A stretch of 20,007 nt of DNA from Candidatus Methylomirabilota bacterium (GTDB taxonomy: Bacteria > Methylomirabilota > Methylomirabilia > Rokubacteriales > CSP1-6). The notes beneath the pieces were generated by a model that saw only the letters and a list, made by a program, of their open reading frames with translations, had not been told where the DNA came from and searched no databases. The position numbers and the translations under genes are program-made. Shown in pieces: positions 17,290 to 20,007 of the stretch. The stretch is taken from positions 1 through 20,007 of the forward strand of contig JBKPAK010000307.1 of the NCBI GenBank assembly GCA_046726415.1. The letters run 5' to 3'. Each line of letters opens with the position of its first letter. Within the stretch, counting starts at the first letter, position 1.

Positions 17290-17437
17290 CGCAAGGCCTC
17301 CCGATCCATGGTATTCGCGTAGAGGATTCTCGGAGCATGGGGGCCCGAGATGGGCGCCCCTACCCTCACGGTCATACGGTCATAGGGTAGCCGAAAGGCG
17401 GAGGGAACGGGAGAGAGTGCGGCGCCGGCCCGCGATG

Positions 17438-18016
17438 TCAGCGGACCAACGCCACGACGTCCTCGAGCTGGGTGACCGCGCGGTCCAGCTCCTCCACGAT
17501 GGGATGAGGGCCCGCCGCCCGGAAAGCGGTGACGAGCGCCCGGTAATACCACAGCACGTCGGCCGGATCGCCAGTGTAGCGCTGCCACACCCCGTCTCCG
17601 GTGATCCGGTAGTCCTTGAGGAGCGTGCGCACGTTGTAGAGCTTGTCGGCCGCGGACACCAGCCGTGCGTCGGCCGGCTCGTGGTCGAGGCGCGCCACGT
17701 AGGCGGCCTTGCGCTCGAGCCACGGCGGCTTGGGGGTCGTGTCCGCATCGGTGCACGCCCGCACGATCTCGGTCACGCGAGCGCCGAAGCGACGGTGGAT
17801 CTCCTCGTACGACGTTCGCTGACCACAATCCTCGATGGCATCGTGCAGCAAGGCCGCGATGGCCTGCTCCTCGTCGCCGCCGTACTCCAAGACGAGGCTC
17901 GCCACCCCCATGAGGTGCGCCATGTACGGGACGGGGGTGCCCTTGCGGTACTGGTCCCCGTGCAGCTGGTGGGCGTACAAGAGCGCCTGCTCGAACCGGT
18001 CGGACAGAAGCCGCAT
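17438..18016 (-). CDS. Stand-alone HD-domain protein, RelA/SpoT hydrolase-like (Mesh1/SAH type)
   Basis: HGDQYRKGTPVPYMAHL...AALLHDAIED...VSAADKLYN. SD GGAGG precedes ATG 18016. Confidence 0.88.
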   Translation of the reverse strand: MRLLSDRFEQALLYAHQLHGDQYRKGTPVPYMAHLMGVASLVLEYGGDEEQAIAALLHDAIEDCGQRTSYEEIHRRFGARVTEIVRACTDADTTPKPPWLERKAAYVARLDHEPADARLVSAADKLYNVRTLLKDYRITGDGVWQRYTGDPADVLWYYRALVTAFRAAGPHPIVEELDRAVTQLEDVVALVR

Positions 18017-18049
18017 CGGCGATCCTCCGTAGAAGCGGTGCCTCGTCTG

Positions 18050-18090
18050 ATCATAGTCGGGATCCGCGCGGCGCGGGGTGTCGCTATAAT
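18050..18090. promoter_or_regulatory. Divergent sigma70-type -10 elements
   Basis: TATAAT at 18085-18090 (+), 8 nt before ATG 18099. TATGAT on the minus strand at 18050-18055, upstream of the HD gene. Confidence 0.6.
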
Positions 18091-18098
18091 CGCCCGCC

Positions 18099-18980
18099 AT
18101 GAGCGCTTGGATCGCGACCTATCGCGGCACTGTGCATCGCTGGGAGCTCGACAACGTCGACCACTTTACCGTCGCCTTCTACTTTCAGCGCTTCGCCGAC
18201 GCGACCTTGGGGCTCCTCGAGACCCTGGATCTGGGACCACCGTACATGGCCCGCACGAAGCGGGGGGCGGTCCCGGTGGACGCCTACGTCCGATACCTCC
18301 GCGAGCTGCGCGTCGGCGACCTTCTGCACGTCGAGAGCGGGGTGATCGCCGTAGAGGACGGCGACATCGTCAGCGGCCACAAGCTCTTCGATTCGGGCAC
18401 CGGCACGGTGTGCGCCACCGTCGAGCTGCGCACGCGCCACGTGGAGCTGGCGGGACGCGTCCCGGTGCCGCTGAGCGCCGAGCAGCAGACGGCGGCTCGC
18501 GCCCGCCAGGTGGCGTGGGACGGACCGCCGCGGGAGCGACGGGCGGTGCCCAACAGCGACGCGGGCTTCGTGGAGGGCGTGCGCGAGTTCGTCAAGCCCT
18601 GGGAGATCGACGCATTCGGCCAGAGCGCGATGCTCTTCTACGTCCATCGCTTCTCGGCGGCCAACGGCCACGCGATCGCCGCCTTCGGGATGACGCCGGC
18701 CTACCAGCGGGAGCAGCGGCGCGGCTTTTCCACGTTCGAGTTCCAGCTCGAGTTCCTGGGCGACCTGCGCGCCGACGATCCGGTGGTGGTGCGCACCGGG
18801 CTCCTGCACGTGGGCACCTCGTCGCTACGCGTCTTCCACCGCATGTCCAATGCCCGCACCGGCGAGCTCGTGGCCACCCTCGACCAGCTTGGCGTTCACC
18901 TCGACATCGAGGCGCGACGACCCACTCCGCTCCCTTCTGAGCTGAAGACGCGTGCCCTCGCTCGCCTCGTCACCCCGTGA
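18099..18980 (+). CDS. Double hot-dog acyl-CoA thioesterase (tandem 4HBT-like domains)
   Basis: Two homologous halves: VHRWELDNVDHFTVAFY...YLRELRVGD and VKPWEIDAFGQ...FLGDLRADD...HLDIEARRPTPLP. Confidence 0.85.
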   Translation: MSAWIATYRGTVHRWELDNVDHFTVAFYFQRFADATLGLLETLDLGPPYMARTKRGAVPVDAYVRYLRELRVGDLLHVESGVIAVEDGDIVSGHKLFDSGTGTVCATVELRTRHVELAGRVPVPLSAEQQTAARARQVAWDGPPRERRAVPNSDAGFVEGVREFVKPWEIDAFGQSAMLFYVHRFSAANGHAIAAFGMTPAYQREQRRGFSTFEFQLEFLGDLRADDPVVVRTGLLHVGTSSLRVFHRMSNARTGELVATLDQLGVHLDIEARRPTPLPSELKTRALARLVTP

Positions 18981-19070
18981 CGATCTACAGCCGGGCGATG
19001 GCCTTGGCGGCGGCGAGGATCTCCGGGCGAGAGAGTCCTCGCTCGCCGGAGAACCTGCGCCGGGTGCCCG

Positions 19071-19808
19071 TCATGATCGGTCCAGAAAGCCCTCCGTCAT
19101 GGCATTGACTTCGGGGATGCCGGTGCGGGCGATGGCGTTGATGCGCGCCTTCATCTCGGTGAGCGGGCGGACTGGCTTGGTCAGCAGCGCCTCGGCACAC
19201 GCGCGGACCGTGGAGTGGAGCTCCGCCCGCGACGCGACCCGCGTGAGGAGCCCGAGGGCGTGCGCCTCCGCCGCCGTGTAGCGGCGGCACTCCATGATGA
19301 TTTCCTTCGCGCGGGCGGGCCCCACGAGCCGCACGAAGCGCGTCGTCGAGGCCACGCCGAGCGGAACGCCGAGCTCCACCTCGGGGATCCAGAACTCCGC
19401 CTCGACGTCCGCGATGCGGAAGTCGCAGGCGAGCGTGAGCCCCCACCCGCCGCCCACCGCGTGACCGTTGATCATGGCGATGGTGGCCTGCTCGAGGTTC
19501 TCGAGGAGGGTTTGAGCCCGCTCGAAGAGCCGGCGGAACTGGCTCTTGCGCTCGGTGAACGCTCGACGGCGCTCCTCCGGCGACATGCCCGAGCGCAGAC
19601 CGGCGTCGGCGCCGGCCGAGAATACCGGTGGCGCGCCCGTCACCACGACCACTCGGGTCGTCGCGTCGTCGCGCAATTCCGCGAAAGCGGTGCCCAGGTC
19701 GGTGAGCATCGCGTCACTCAACGAGTTGCGGCGATCGGGACGAGTCATGGTGACGGTGGCCATCGCGCCGTCGCGAGTGAGGGTGACGTTCTCGGTTGGC
19801 AAGGTCAT
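19071..19808 (-). CDS. Enoyl-CoA hydratase/isomerase (crotonase) family protein
   Basis: TMTRPDRRNSLS, FSAGAD, IAMINGHAVGGG, ACDFRIA and PEVELG. The start is placed at ATG 19808. Confidence 0.93.
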   Translation of the reverse strand: MTLPTENVTLTRDGAMATVTMTRPDRRNSLSDAMLTDLGTAFAELRDDATTRVVVVTGAPPVFSAGADAGLRSGMSPEERRRAFTERKSQFRRLFERAQTLLENLEQATIAMINGHAVGGGWGLTLACDFRIADVEAEFWIPEVELGVPLGVASTTRFVRLVGPARAKEIIMECRRYTAAEAHALGLLTRVASRAELHSTVRACAEALLTKPVRPLTEMKARINAIARTGIPEVNAMTEGFLDRS

Positions 19809-19816
19809 AGTGGGGG

Positions 19817-19845
19817 ACCGTAGCACACAGGGCTGGGACGAGCAA
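19817..19845 (-). promoter_or_regulatory. Candidate sigma70 promoter for the crotonase gene
   Basis: The minus strand reads TTGCTC-N17-TACGGT with a TG extended -10, 8 nt before the ATG. No SD is visible. Confidence 0.5.
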
Positions 19846-19869
19846 CGCATCGCGTCCAGCACGAGCCGC

Positions 19870-19897
19870 TTGCGTCTTGCGCGGTCGCGGCTATAAT
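19870..19897 (+). promoter_or_regulatory. Candidate sigma70 promoter for the next gene
   Basis: TTGCGT-N16-TATAAT. Confidence 0.6.
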
Positions 19898-19965
19898 CCT
19901 TCAACTTTCCCGATTTCTCGGCCTGGGACGATCCTGCCGATCGCGAAGACGCGGAGGGCGAGGCG

Positions 19966-20007
19966 ATGACGCTCCGATCGCTGCCGAGACTGATGGCCTG
20001 CGAGGTC
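19966..20007 (+). CDS. Start of a gene truncated by the window end (MTLRSLPRLMACEV...)
   Basis: GGAGG/GAGG upstream of ATG 19966, downstream of the promoter above. Confidence 0.45.
   Translation, partial: MTLRSLPRLMACEV

Noticed and set aside
17417..18940. 507-aa plus-strand ORF
   Set aside because: Arg/Gly-rich shadow overlapping the HD and thioesterase genes; typical of high-GC DNA.
1..20007. CRISPR array, tRNA/rRNA, integron attC sites, known riboswitches, integrase
   Set aside because: No regularly spaced repeats, cloverleafs or recognisable consensus motifs were seen by eye; an Rfam or IntegronFinder scan would be needed to exclude them fully.

Overview
High-GC bacterial window. The gene set and style resemble Candidatus Rokubacteria/Methylomirabilota, which is an inference. 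It has three parts. (1) 1-727 is the 3' end of a PhoD-type alkaline phosphatase. (2) About 730-13690 is an accessory region with four very divergent, apparently intact polytopic GT-C-type glycosyltransferase genes and one DPM1/ArnC-like GT2 polyprenol-phosphate sugar synthase. These genes are separated by decayed fragments: a nonsense- and frameshift-disrupted hypothetical gene, an A-rich orphan fragment, a collapsed peptide ABC-transporter operon, a second diverged copy of the dppC 3' end with its downstream DNA, and a C-terminal IS91/ISCR-like transposase fragment at the right edge. (3) About 13690-20007 is an intact core block: CBS protein, DinB protein, an acyl-CoA dehydrogenase pair, an HD/Mesh1-like hydrolase, a double hot-dog thioesterase and a crotonase. 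The most interesting signal is an apparent stack of GT-C cassettes. Two of them sit behind homologous dppC-tail/leader modules that differ mostly at synonymous sites in the first nine codons. All family assignments come from motif recognition by eye; no searches were run.
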